Origin: Octopus vulgaris
Taxonomy: Eukaryota
Assembly (NCBI GenBank): GCA_951406725.2
Contig: OX597826.1
Span: forward strand, 60,512,001 to 60,576,000
Length of the DNA: 64,000 bases
Direction: 5' to 3'
Shown: piece by piece, positions 43,097 to 56,627 of the stretch
Position numbering within the stretch: the stretch's first letter is position 1
Layout: each line of letters begins with the position of its first letter
Notes under the pieces: generated by a model
The model's database searches: none
What the model saw: only the letters and a program-made list of their open reading frames with translations
Told to the model about the DNA's origin: nothing
Program-made: the position numbers and the translations under genes

Positions 43097-43290
43097 ATGG
43101 CTGTATTTGTCCCCTCGCTATTGCTTGACAACCAATGTTGGTATGTTTAATGAGTGGATCGGCAAAAGAAACCGATAGAATAAGTACTGTGCTTACAAGA
43201 ATAAGTCGTGTAGTTGATTTCTTCGACTAAATGTGGAGCTCCAAACATGGCCGCAGACAAGTGACTGAAACAAAATGAAAGAATAAAATA
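42322..43290 (+). mobile_element. SINE A head (42322-42482) and tail (43095-43290) separated by an expanded, invaded internal microsatellite
   Basis: The halves are collinear; the intervening 42517-42692 is a different repeat containing CGAAACGTAGAG and CTGAAGAAGG. Confidence 0.6.
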
Positions 43291-44657
43291 AGAATAAGGA
43301 TCAAGATAAGCTTAGAACTAAAAAAACGCGTTGTCTTAAATAAAGAGAGCATGGCCTCGGTATGGTCTTGGTTAGAATATCCTTGATCATCAATTTGCTC
43401 CATCAATTGCGACAAGAGGAAAAGCAACATCAGTGACGGCATCAGCATTCTGCCGATTATTGTATACGCCAAGATGAAAATAAACGTGATGCATTAAATC
43501 TAACTATAGCAGTTGGACGAATATTGGAGTAGAAATGAATACAAAATATAGTCAAAGTTAGTAACCTCCGTTTAAATCGCTCGATAAATCTTAAGACAGT
43601 AGCGTGAAAATTGATCTTTTGTGTTAGATATAAATTCTCTTCGATACATATTGTCACAACAGCGAAGTCCGATGCGAATCGCGGTCGTATAGAAGTATAC
43701 GAGCGTGGGACTAATTTCATTGATAATAAGAAGTTGAAAATACACTGTCTTCCAAAATATATATATTCGTTTACATAACCGGTTTCATAGTTACGTTATT
43801 TTCCCAAAGTAGTTTATCATGGAGAAGTCTATAGCTATGACGTCACAGACAAGAACTGGAAAGTTTGTTTCTTTTTATGGAAAGTTTGAGATTCAAGCTG
43901 TCCTCATTTGAAACCTGGCGGTGCTGCTTGAAGTACTGAATTTCTCAAAATAAATGTAAAATTGGAAGTCTGAGAAGTTCGTGCGTATATAAGTGTATAT
44001 TTGTGTGTGTTTGTATTGTGTGTGTCTTGTTTGTGTGTGTGTCTTGTTTGTGTGTGTGTATTTATGCATCTCATAGTATAAGAGCCGCAAAATATAATAA
44101 AAACATTAAGATGTATTTTACATTTTTAAACACAGAAACCAACACGTCGAACATAGTAAAAGGATATCATTTTTATATTTCAAACAATGTTCATACATTT
44201 ACATTTATGTGTTTATGTCTTTGACAGTGCGTGGGTGTGAAAGTTGGGTGCAATTCTTTACTAATACATCCATGTACAAACATGGTTGTATTAGTAAAGC
44301 TACTGTCACATTTACCATGCATAAGCGATATTTCTATCTCATATACAAGTTTTAATAGGGAAGAAGAAACATTTTTTTTTCTGCTTGTTACAAGAAATTG
44401 ATAGTGATACTTTATTTTTTTCAACAGTAAAATGCTAAGAAAATCACGTTGATAAAGCAGATGGGTATATACAGTAAAAATACATGTTTAGGATGTATCT
44501 CGACGATACATTTTTATGGCATCTTTACATGTAGAGAAACAGAACTTAGTAAGAAAATTTAAGCATATGACTTCTTTCGGTGAATATGATATTTCATATT
44601 TTATACATATATAAGTATTTGTATACAACATGTATATGCATATGCATCAGTACACAC

Positions 44658-44716
<59 letters not shown>

Positions 44717-44872
44717 CCATTGTTAGGTGTGTACGTACAAAATATTTTGGGATGAAGTCGTAAATATTCACTGAGTAGGTGAAGTTTGGAACTCATAATA
44801 AACACAATATTATTAAAATGCCTATATGAACATGCATGCATGAGCGAACACATGTAAAAAATATTCTTTCGT

Positions 44873-44904
<32 letters not shown>

Positions 44905-45005
44905 GGATATACACACACTTACGCGCGTGCATATGCATATAGGTACGCAATAAACCCTTGCGCCCACGAGCATGCATATATATCGGTGTGTGTAAGAAAT
45001 TCATT

Positions 45006-45006
<1 letters not shown>

Positions 45007-45072
<66 letters not shown>

Positions 45073-45084
45073 CGATAGATAGAG

Positions 45085-45148
<64 letters not shown>

Positions 45149-45156
45149 CGATAGAG

Positions 45157-45227
<71 letters not shown>

Positions 45228-45228
45228 C

Positions 45229-45290
<62 letters not shown>

Positions 45291-45291
45291 T
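45007..45291. repeat. (GATA)n array (others at 26830-26933 and 38941-39076)
   Basis: Directly visible in the sequence. Confidence 0.95.
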
Positions 45292-45921
45292 TAGACATAG
45301 TTATTTGGATATAACTATGTACTTATACCATTATTAATGAAGACATAAATATGTATATGAGAGAGCGTGATAGAGACAGAGAGAGAGACAAAGAAAGAGA
45401 GAGAGAGAGGAAGTGGGAAAACATCGATGAAACACTGCTATTTAAGCTGTAGAAATAAACGTAATTCTCACTTGAGATGCTGTACATGACTCTAAATGCA
45501 ATATATATTTTTTTTTTCACAGAATGCATAGAAGAAATATATTAAAAAAATGTACAATTGCCGGACTCTACGTGATGAAAATCTTACTTTGTTACGAACG
45601 CTTCACGGCTTCATATATGGACAGAGTTTTTTTTATTTTTATCTTTTCTCTATCTTGCTATGTATTGGCATCTACAATTAGTGAGTTGCATAACGGAGGG
45701 AAGCTTTACAATCGAACAAATGTTTATACAGACACATACACACATTGACATGCTCGTATATCGTATATATATATATATATGAAATAATTGTTAGCATTTT
45801 GTGTTTTTCTGTAGATATGCAAAAATACAGACATAAATATACATATGCGTGTATATATATATATATATATTATATATATATATATGTATATATATATATA
45901 ACATTTACATACACATGTATA

Positions 45922-45982
<61 letters not shown>

Positions 45983-46303
45983 ACACACGCATATATGCAT
46001 ATATATACATGGGGAAGTACATTTGTATGGAAGACATTTTTTCTTGAGATATGCATTAAAGCATGACTGTACTTTTTTGCCATGTTTTATTTTTCCCCGT
46101 TTTCGTACGTGCTTCTGGCAATTTCTTTGGAACGGTAAAGTTAACAACTTCATCAATTTTTCAGGCCTTCACCGACTCATCTTCAAGTTGAAGTAATATT
46201 ATCATGTTTTGTTCGCATTCTAAAATTGCCAGGATCAATATCGTCATCCTGACGATGGGATGTTTACTCCATCAGTCGAGTGGTATTATTTGTTTGTGAC
46301 TAA

Positions 46304-46903
46304 GGCGGCGAACCGGCAGAATCGTTACCACGCCCGGCAAAATACTTGGCGGTATTTTGTCTGCCGCTACGTTTGGAGTTCAAATTGTGCTGAGGTCAAT
46401 TTTGCCTTTCATACTTTCGGGGTCGATTAAATAAGTTCCAGTTACGGACTGGGGTCGATATAATCGACTTAATCCGTTTGTCTCTCCTTGTTTGTCCTCT
46501 CAGTGTTTAGCCCCTAAGAAATAGGTATTTAGTCTGCAGCTACGTTCTGAGTTCAAATTCCACTGACGTCGACTTTGCTTTTCATCATTTCGGGGTCGAT
46601 AAATTAAGTACCAGTTATGCACTGGGGTCGATGTAATCGACTTTATTCCTTTTGTCTGTCCTTCTTTGTCCCCTCTATGTTTAGCCCCTTGTGGGCAATA
46701 AAGAAATAAGAAACGTTACCATGCCAAAAAAATACTTAGTGGTATTTAATCTGTCTTTACATTCTGAGTTCAAATTCCACCGAGGTCGACTTTTCCTTTC
46801 ACCTTTTCAGGTTCATAAATTAAGTAGTAATTGCATACTGGGTCGATCTAATCAACTGTCCCTTTCCCTCAAAATTTCAGGCCTTGTACCTAGATTAGAA
46901 AAG
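46304..46903 (+). mobile_element. Trimeric SINE B (B1-B1-B2) with 19-bp TSD
   Basis: Three GAGTTCAAAT...GTC-ACTTT...GGGGTCGAT modules; ATTATTTGTTTGTGACTAA at 46285-46303 and 46904-46922. Confidence 0.9.
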
Positions 46904-46954
46904 ATTATTTGTTTGTGACTAACATATTTTTGTGTATTCATTTTAATATCTTCC

Positions 46955-47010
46955 AATAATCTTCTCACTGGTGTCATATTGAAATAATCTTCTCACTGGT
47001 GTCATATTGA
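46955..47010. repeat. Perfect 28-bp tandem duplication
   Basis: AATAATCTTCTCACTGGTGTCATATTGA occurs twice in tandem. Confidence 0.95.
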
Positions 47011-47199
47011 AATGCTGCCTTAAAGTGCTTGGTCGAGAAAATCGAAGGCATTCCATACTTTGAGAGAGATATATACACTGTCGCCGTCGGGGACATGAAC
47101 CAACCCCTACCGGTTATTCAGCAGTGGGGATACCATATAGACTAACGAATTAAACATACAAACATACAAACGTACACATACACACACTTGTATTGTAGT

Positions 47200-47494
47200 T
47201 TTCTTGGACCGACCCTAACGTTGAGAGTGGGTTTGGTAGATGGAAACTGAAAGAAGCCCATCATATATATATATATATTTCATGTGTCTGTGTCTATGTA
47301 TTTGTCCCTCCATTACCGCTCAAAAACCGGTTTTGGTGTGTTGAAGTACGCGTACAATGCGGTTCGGCAAATCAGTTCGACAGAATAAGTACTAGGCTTT
47401 AAAAAATAAGTCCTGGTCTTGATTTGTTTGACTAAAACCGTTCAATGCGGCGCTCCAGGTTGGCTGTAATCAAATGACTGAAATAAATAAAAGA
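47200..47494 (+). mobile_element. SINE A, 5-prime truncated
   Basis: TTTGGTAGATGGAAACTGAAAGAAGCCC...AGAATAAGTACTAGGCTT...AAATGACTGAAA. Confidence 0.75.
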
Positions 47495-47537
47495 ATATAT
47501 ATATATGCATATATATGTATGTATAGTTATATATGTG

Positions 47538-47605
<68 letters not shown>

Positions 47606-47847
47606 TGAATGTGTAGAAATATATATATATGTTTGTATATGTACATATATATATATATGTATATGTGTGTGTGTGTATAACTTAAAAAACTTAGATTGGT
47701 TTTGGCCACTTGTGTTTGTATGTATGTAAATATGTGCATGTATATATGTATATGTATATATATATATACATATATATATATACAAATATATATATATACA
47801 TATACATACATATATATATGTATGTATGTGTAAAATATATATACGTA

Positions 47848-47929
<82 letters not shown>

Positions 47930-48817
47930 GTATATGTACGAATGTATATATGTGTGTGTGTATAACTTAAATAACTTAGATTGCTTTCGGCCGCTTGTAT
48001 GTTTGTATGTATACATATATAAGTTGAAAGAGCACGCTAGAACGTATGAGATTTACAGAAGCGACTATGTGAATAACCAACAGTTTATGATAGAAAGTAT
48101 GTGTTTATCTATCTAAGCGCGCGTATATGTGAAAGAGATAACTATACTTAAAGATAGATAAATGAATATAAAGATAAATACCGAAAGAAATATCAGAACC
48201 AAAGGCAATAGCAATGTATTATTGATATAACCCATTACAGAATATATGCATTATAATATATTAAGGTTTCACGCTGATTTCATGTATTATATATTGTTCT
48301 GACCAAAACATTATTAAAAAAATTTACTATGAATATTGGAAATATCGGCATGGTTTCTCACACTCTATCTATCTCCCTCTCACTGTCGTCTTATGTTTCC
48401 TCCACATCCTCTTTTTCTTTTTCATGAACATATACTGTATATATATATATATATATATATATATCTGTGTGTTTGGTTGGAGGATTGGTGTGTGGGTGGT
48501 TGTGATGTGTGTGGCTGTGTGCGTGAGTGCGTGAGTGCTCACTTTCATTAGAATCTGCTAATAACAAGAAAAACTGAGTTTACGACAAAAGTATTTCTTT
48601 ATTCCCATGCAAGGCACGCGGTATACCCTATCACAACGGGAAGTGTCTATGCTTCTGTTTAAGAAATTGAATTACGGAGTTGACGTACTTATCTTACTTC
48701 AAAGAAATTTTTCATTAATAACAATGATATATTTGATTATTGAATGTTGTATGCTGAGTAAAGAAATACTTTTTGGTCACCAAATTACATAAGATTTTCC
48801 CCCCACCCTACACACAT

Positions 48818-48886
<69 letters not shown>

Positions 48887-49290
48887 AGTGCTGTCATTAA
48901 ATTGATAGCCAATCAGAACTTAAAGCTTTACTTTAAAAACCTGCATCCACAAAGCAATTTTAGCTATAAGCTAAAAACTCTCACCAAGAAAACAAGCGAC
49001 GAAGAATCATCTTTCATGCACTATGACAGATATTGACGAACAGTATTTTTTCTTTCTTCCATTTTTCTTACTTATTGTTTAATATAATTCAAATTTACTA
49101 AAATTCCAACTGTGTATAACTCTTATGAATTTCAGTGAACATCTGAACTTGTATTACTGTTTATCTCAGTGAAACTTACTGAACATTGTATATTGTGTGA
49201 ACATTTGATCTTCGCAGCATATAATTTTTCCGATTTTTCATTGTACCTTGCATCTCTGCTTCAAATTCTCTCTAGATGAACACATATATG

Positions 49291-49387
<97 letters not shown>

Positions 49388-49676
49388 TTGTGTGTTTGTG
49401 TGTGTGTTTGTACGTATGTCGAAAAAGAAACAAATGAATGTATTTCACGCAAGAATTTATGTAACATTTCATATATGTAACATTGTTTTTTCCTATCTTC
49501 ATTTATTTATGTACTTATATTTTTAAGGCAAAGATACCATTTCAACACCTAGTATTAACAACCACTCTTATGATGTCCATCTTTCTTCCCAGTAGACACT
49601 GTGTCCAATTGCAAAGATCATTGTATCCAACTTGTATTTAAATATATACTTACACACATATTCAGTATATATACAC

Positions 49677-49719
<43 letters not shown>

Positions 49720-50180
49720 CATACATATATATGCATGTATGTTTGTATATATGATATGTATGTACACACACACACATATACATATATGTATGTATATATA
49801 TATATATAAATACATATACATATATATATATATACGTACATAAAAACATACTTACATTCAAACATACATACTTACATGTATACATGAATACATACATACA
49901 TTCATACATACATGCATACATACATACATACATACATACATACATACATACATACATACATACATACATACATACATACATACATACATACAGATTTATA
50001 GATACATTTCTGCAATTACCAATTTATTGTTGCGCGGCTCCGAAGCCCCAATATCCCAGAAGTGTCAATTACCAAAATGATTTTACTGCTCTATCTTTTT
50101 ATGTTGTATTATATTTAACAAGGTAACATTATGCGATAGATCTTGTTGCATAATCTGAAATAAATATGTATTTATGTATG

Positions 50181-50220
<40 letters not shown>

Positions 50221-50585
50221 TACATACATGCACATACTTATACATATATATATATATATATAAATACATATATATATAGAGAGATATACTTGTGTGTGTG
50301 TGTGTGTGTGTATTTATATATGTATGTATGTACGTATCATATATATTTTTCACATATCGATCTAGCGATGGTTATACGTTTAAGCTTGCTCTTTACCCAA
50401 ACTTCATAGGTTCGAGATAAATTATCTGCACGGCAGACCGAATGTGTGTCATGACAAATAAACTCCACTTGACAGATGCAATATGAGTGAAATACTTTCG
50501 AAGAAAGCTGTGTGGAAGCCCGTTTTGTACGGGTATCCATATATATACATACATACATACATACATGCATACATACATACATACA

Positions 50586-50621
<36 letters not shown>

Positions 50622-50645
50622 TATGCATATATATATATATATATA

Positions 50646-50830
50646 TAGTGAGAATTTACAAAAAAAAGCAAAAGACGAAGATGGGTGTGTAAACAACAAA
50701 CAGATGTATTAGTTTAACGCTCGGCAAGTGAGGAAGACTTTTACAATTCGAGCCTACGCTCTTCGGCAGAAAGGAACACAGAAATATACAGGGAGTGAAA
50801 ACAGAAAAAGGTTTAGTGGCTAGCGATCCA

Positions 50831-50831
<1 letters not shown>
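50646..50831 (-). mobile_element. Family D (copy 4)
   Basis: Minus strand CTTTCTGCCGAAGAGCGTAGGCTCGAATTGTAAAAG; the end abuts (TA)n. Confidence 0.8.
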
Positions 50832-50874
<43 letters not shown>

Positions 50875-51376
50875 TGTGTGTGTGTCTGTGTGTGTGTGTG
50901 TATGAATGTGTGTATGTGTATGTGTATTTCATCTACACTATTTACTGATTATACTATTATGCTTGTCTATTGGATCTTGATGAAAGCTGGAAGTAGATTT
51001 GTTCTCATTATTGCTCTTCTAATACTCATTCAGTCTTACACTCATACACTGTCTTTCCTATTTAAATTTCATGAAGTGTGTCAAGTTTCTTCTTGACTGT
51101 TCATTCGGTATACTATAGAACAAAAATGCAACTCTGAGTTGGATTGTAGATCTATGATCTACAAGTATTTTCTCATACCACTGAGTTATTAACATAAATT
51201 AATCAGTATTATTTCTAGATTAGCTCATAGACCAATTTGTAATGAAACGAAAGTTTCATAATTGAAAGTACAGGAACAATAATAATAATAATAATAATGA
51301 TGATGATGATGATGATGATGATAATGATAATGATAATGATAATGATGATGATAATAATAATAATAATAATAATAAT

Positions 51377-51441
<65 letters not shown>

Positions 51442-51449
51442 TAATAATA

Positions 51450-52024
51450 AGAGACACCACTACAATAAAGCAAGGTCTGTCTATTGGACGCTCTGCAACA
51501 AGTATGGTCTTGACAGTAAAAAACATTGGTAGGAACACAAATACGAAGGCATCATCGAAAATGATAATGCAAAGATCCTGTAGGATTTTATGATTCATTG
51601 CGACCTTGAGATAGGAAATAAGCCGCCAGACATAGTCTTAATTGAGGAAGAAAGTAACCTAAGCTGGATCATAGATATAGCATGCCCAGCTGATATGGTA
51701 TGCGATAAGGAAAAAAGAAAAGTCGATAGGTATAACAGGTTAGCTTGGGAGGTAAAGCAATTGTGATCGAAGAAAAAAGTGGTAGGTGTCAATAATTGTC
51801 GGAGCCCTTCGAAAAGTGAGTAAAAACCTCGAGAAGTACATGGAACAAATAGGGGCTGCAATAAGAGTAGAGCACTTGTAGAAGTCAGCATTGCTTGGAA
51901 CCGAGTGAATACTCCAGAAGGTGCTCAAAAAATAAGAAATGTCACCTTAGTTCACTGGTAGTGAACAGCTGACACTGTAGTACATCTACAGCGTTAGAAG
52001 CTGTGCAAAGGCAATGGTAATAAT
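51450..52024 (+). pseudogene. 5-prime-truncated R4/Dong-like RLE-LINE directly after (TAA)n
   Basis: RHHYNKARSVYWTLCNKYGL...ENDNAKIL*DFMIHCDLEIGNKPPDIVLI...IIDIACPAD...KVDRYNRLAWEVKQL*...IIVGAL...KSALLGT: a PD-(D/E)xK RLE with stops. Confidence 0.88.
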
Positions 52025-52034
52025 TATTTTTTCA

Positions 52035-53075
52035 CAAAAATGAGAACGCATAGAAGGAAAATAAAATGTACGGTGGCTTTGGATGAGGATGAATGACATG
52101 AAGATAGAGACAGAAGCACTCATATGGCCAGCTCAAGAACAAGCGTTAAGGACCAACTATATAAGGTGCAGAATAGACAACACTAAAGAAGCACTCCGTC
52201 GGTTACGACGATGAGGGTTCCGGTTGATCCGAATCAACGGAACAGCCTGCTCGTGAAATTAACGTGTAAGTGGCTGAGCACTCCACAGACACGTGTACCC
52301 TTAACGTAGTTCTCGGGGATATTCAGCGTGACACAGAGAGTGACAAGGCCGGCCCTTTGAAATACAGGTACAACAGAAACAGGAAGTAAGAGTGAGAGAA
52401 AGTTGTGGTGAAAGAGTACAGCAGGGATCACCACCATCCCCTGCCGGAGCATCGTGGAGCTTTTAGGTGTTTTCGCTCAATAAACACTCACAACGCCCGG
52501 TCTGGGAATCGAAACCGCGATCCTATGACCGCGAGTCCGCTGCCCTAACCATTGGGCCATTGCGCCTCCACAGACAACACTACCGATAGCGACAAAGGTA
52601 GAATGTGTGGTGAGTGCGGTGAAACCTATGGCACATCGTTAGCGAATGCCTGAAATTGGCACATCGCGAATACAAAAGATGCCAAAACGATGTGGCAAGA
52701 ATGATCTATTGGGTATTCTCGGAAAATCACGGCCTACAAAGAGCAAAGACGTAGAATGAGAAAATTCCAGAAGTCAACGAAGATGAGAATTGAGGATAAT
52801 GATAATGGTGATGATGTCGCATGCCTCTTTGATCCACGAACAGACAAGAAGGAAGGCGAAACAATAGATAAATACAATCTTCTTAAGTATGAAATAGCCC
52901 GGCTATGGAAAATAAAAGAGAAGATGGTACCAATTATTGTTGGGTCCTTTGGAACTGTATCAGAAGGCATCAAGAGGAATATAAGGTAAACTGGAATAGA
53001 GTGCACAGTAGAAATTTTACAAAAGTTTTGCCTCCTTGGCACGGCCAGAATAATCACGAAAGTATTAAATGGATA
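52035..53075 (+). pseudogene. Second R4/Dong-like RLE-LINE remnant, interrupted by SINE C
   Basis: DMKIETEALIWPAQEQALRTNYIRCRIDNT [SINE] TDSDKGRMCGECGET/WHIVSECLKLAHREYKR...DVACLFD...KYNLLKYEIARLW...PIIVGSFG...LLGTARII. Confidence 0.88.
52186..52571 (-). mobile_element. SINE family C, full length, 11-bp TSD
   Basis: AGACAACACTA at 52175-52185 and 52572-52582. Confidence 0.92.
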
Positions 53076-53120
53076 AAAGAACGGATAGCATTGTACATTT
53101 TATATTTAAGTTATATATAA

Positions 53121-53513
53121 CTAGCAGTATCGGCCGGCGTTGCTCGGGTTTGTAAGGGAAATAACTATATAAGCATGTTTAGAGATGTAAAGTATAATAA
53201 CCATCTCAATATGGCTAACCACAAGGGGGGGATGTTACTGTAGCTTTTTACGTTCTGAGATTTAATAAATCTTTAGAGAGTTACTTCCCTTATATATGCC
53301 AAAAATGCATTAAAAATGGGAAAATTTGATGGTAATTTTTTTTTTAAATCGTAGACTCATCGTAGACGGGCGCTAATACCCAGAAGGGCTCGATATGAAT
53401 CACGACTATAAGATACCCGGTTTTGGTTAAACTGCACCACAAAATGTGGGAGTAGTTAGGAATCTAAATCGTAGGAGACAGACAGCACACAACCTCACTT
53501 TTATATATAAAGA
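53121..53513 (-). mobile_element. Non-autonomous Helitron
   Basis: Minus strand A|TC...CCCGAGCAACGCCGG...CTAG|T; body shared with 21695-22088. Confidence 0.85.
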
Positions 53514-53821
53514 TAATAATAGGGCAAATGATGTACCAGCATTTCTGTGAGAATCAGTGTCGAAAAATCCTCTAAAACAAACTGCCAACCACTGAAAATG
53601 TAACAAGCGCAACAGAAATTGGGCTACGAACAACAACGTAGAATGAGTAAATAGACATCCCTGGATCAATTGATTTCGAATTTTGAGAGCTTATCGCTCT
53701 TAATTCTCATCAGCAGGTCTCACTATATACCTAAGGGATAAAAACTTTACCCGTTTCGCTGTGCTTGATAAACGTTGAAAAGCTAGAAGCGAATTCAAAA
53801 ATGGTGTCAGCGTATAAAATA

Positions 53822-54208
53822 AGTATCGCCCGGCGTTGCTCGGGTTTGTAAGGGAAATAACTATAAAGCATTTTTAGAAAGGTATAGGAAAAAATAGCCA
53901 AAAAAAGCATTAAAAATGGAAAAAATATGATGGTAATTTTTTTTTAAATCGTTGTCTCATCGTAGACATTTTTAGAGAGTTACTTCCCTTTAAAAAAATA
54001 TGCATGAAAATGGAAAAAGATGATGGTAAATTATTTTTAAAATCATAGACTCATCGTAGACGCGCGCTAATACCCAGAAGGGCTCGATATGAATCACGAC
54101 TATAAGATACCCGGTTTGGGTTAAACTGCACCGCAAAATGTGGGAGTAGTTAGGAATCTAAATCGAAGGGGACAGACACTCACACAACTACAGTATTATA
54201 TATATAGA
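53822..54208 (-). mobile_element. Non-autonomous Helitron lacking the terminal CTAG
   Basis: TC start at 54208; hairpin CCCGAGCAACGCCGGG intact; last few bases missing. Confidence 0.82.
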
Positions 54209-54584
54209 TTATTACCTCCACCTTTGCCAAGGTAAAGGTATTTTTTCAGTCGTGTTTATTTGTTTGTTTATCCGTGGACAAGATATCTCAAGAACCGCTG
54301 GATGGATTCAGATGAAACTTTCAGTAACGTTTGGCCTTATAACTGGCATGAAGCGATTAGATTTTGGGGTCGATCCGGTAGCAGACAAGGATCCTGGAGT
54401 TATTTTTTTTTTGTTTTTTTTACTTAACTTTTGAGAGGAGTTGGGTTTATTTTCAGTATTCTCGTTTGTGAGAGCTGTTGAGCTTATTCCACATATTCTC
54501 ATTTAAAAACTCATCTCTAACTAATCGTTGAGACAACATCGGTGTTGCCTTGGCAGAGGTTTGCGCTATCTAAGTGCTCTTGTT
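54209..54584 (+). mobile_element. Helentron-associated (HINE/DINE-1-like) non-autonomous element
   Basis: Subterminal IRs ACCTTTGCCAAGG (54220-54232) and CCTTGGCAGAGGT (54548-54560), 5-prime hairpin ACCTTTGCC-AA-GGTAAAGGT, TTTG microsatellite, 3-prime stem-loop GCGCT..AGTGC, TT ends. Confidence 0.72.
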
Positions 54585-54768
54585 ATTAATTATTATCATT
54601 AGTAAAATGAATAATAACAACAACAAGACAACAACAATATAAATGGCCTTGTCATTTATTGGACTTTTTCTTGCTGGTCACTTATATACTTGTTGTTATT
54701 ATTGATAACAACAATGATAATAATCAATAATAATAACTATATAATTTTCGAATATATATTTATTTATG

Positions 54769-54832
<64 letters not shown>

Positions 54833-55083
54833 ATGAGACAAAGCGAGAGAGGTGGGAAGTGAGAGAGGGAGACAAAAGGAGAAAGATAGAGGAAGAAGAA
54901 TAAATGTTAGTGTGAAATGTTGATACAACTTAAAGGAGATTGAGTGAGAGAGAAAGAAAGAAAGAAAGAAAGAAAGAAAAGAGAGAGAGAGAGAATGCAA
55001 TAATGTATATGTTTATTAATGTAAAATACAAACACTCAATTCATTATGAATGATTAGATATATATACAGTACATATATCCATA

Positions 55084-55174
<91 letters not shown>

Positions 55175-55397
55175 GTATATATATGTATATATATATATAT
55201 ATATATGAATATGTATATATATGTATATAGATAGATAGATATACATGCATATATACATATCTACATACATATATGCATATGAGATAAAGAAAACTTAATT
55301 ATGATAGTACATCATATATCATATTGACCTGTGTGGAAGTGATGTTGATAAATGTATATCGGTATATTTTGTAGCGTATACAATAGTAGTAATAACC

Positions 55398-55449
55398 AAT
55401 ATCAAAAAGAAGAAAAAGATGACGATGATGATGATGATGATGATGATGC

Positions 55450-55481
<32 letters not shown>

Positions 55482-55638
55482 GTGGTGGTGTTGGTGATGA
55501 CGATGATGATGATGACGATGATGATGATGACAATGATGATGATAATGATGACGGTAATGGTGATGATGACGGTGATGATGATGATGATGGTGATGGTGAT
55601 GGTGGTGATGGTGATGGTGATGTTGATGATGATGATGG

Positions 55639-55669
<31 letters not shown>

Positions 55670-56115
55670 GATGATGATTCTGGTACTAGTTATTTCATTT
55701 GTATTATTTGTTGCTGAAGCATTTTCACTCTACTATATCGAAGTCATTTTTTTTTCTTTTGTTATTTTTCGCATTCTCTGGCAATATATATTCCCACGCA
55801 CGTGCGTATGTGTGTATGTGTATGTGTGTGTGTGTGTGTACGTGTTCTTGTGTTTGTGTGTGTGTACGCGTGCCAGTGTATGTTTGTGTGGGGGTGTGAG
55901 TGTGTGTTGGTTTTATTTTGATTTATTCTCTTATAATTAATCGACTCTATTGATTATCATATTCAGCAATAGCCAAGTGTAGAAATAGGGCGGCATTGGT
56001 TTGGCAGAGGTGTGGTGATGGTGGTGGTTGTGGTGGTGGTGGTGGTGGTGGTGGTGGTGGTGGTGGTGGTGGTGGTGGTGGTGGTGGTGATGGTGCAGGT
56101 GGTGGTGGTGGCAGC
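55398..56115. repeat. (GAT)n/(GGT)n arrays
   Basis: Directly visible at 55398-55678 and 56010-56110. Confidence 0.9.
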
Positions 56116-56627
56116 GGTGTTGGGCTGGGGCTGGAGATGAAAAGGATGGTAGTACTGGAGATAAGATTGATGGCGGTGGTGCCGTAGAGAGGTCTCGTAT
56201 TGGTGACGGAGATGTAGAGGTGCGTGGTGATTGTAGTTGTAGTGGTGCTGGTGGATGTGGTGGTCGTGGTCTCACTGGTACTCCTACTGGTCGTGATCAT
56301 GTCGATGGGGATGGTCATCGCCATCATCATCGTAGTGTCATCACAGTAGTGTTGTTGCTTGTGGTGTTCTTGTTGGTTATGACAGCGATTTGTTTGTAGT
56401 GGCTGTGGTGTTTTGGACGTAGGTGCTGACACAGGTGGAGGTGACGGTGGCGGTTGCACTGGTGGTGGTTCTGGGGCTGGTTTTTGTGTTGGTGGTGGCG
56501 GCGATAGAGAGATTTGTTTAATGATGACGACGGACGATGATGTTGGTAATGATAGCGATGACTCCATTATGACGACGTGTTTTATCATGATCCTCATGAT
56601 ATTTTTATTAGTATTAAAGATATTGAA

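Noticed and set aside
55937-56597. Extensin-like Pro-rich or His-rich ORFs
   Set aside because: They derive from (GGT)n and degenerate triplet DNA identical in style to neighbouring non-coding arrays.
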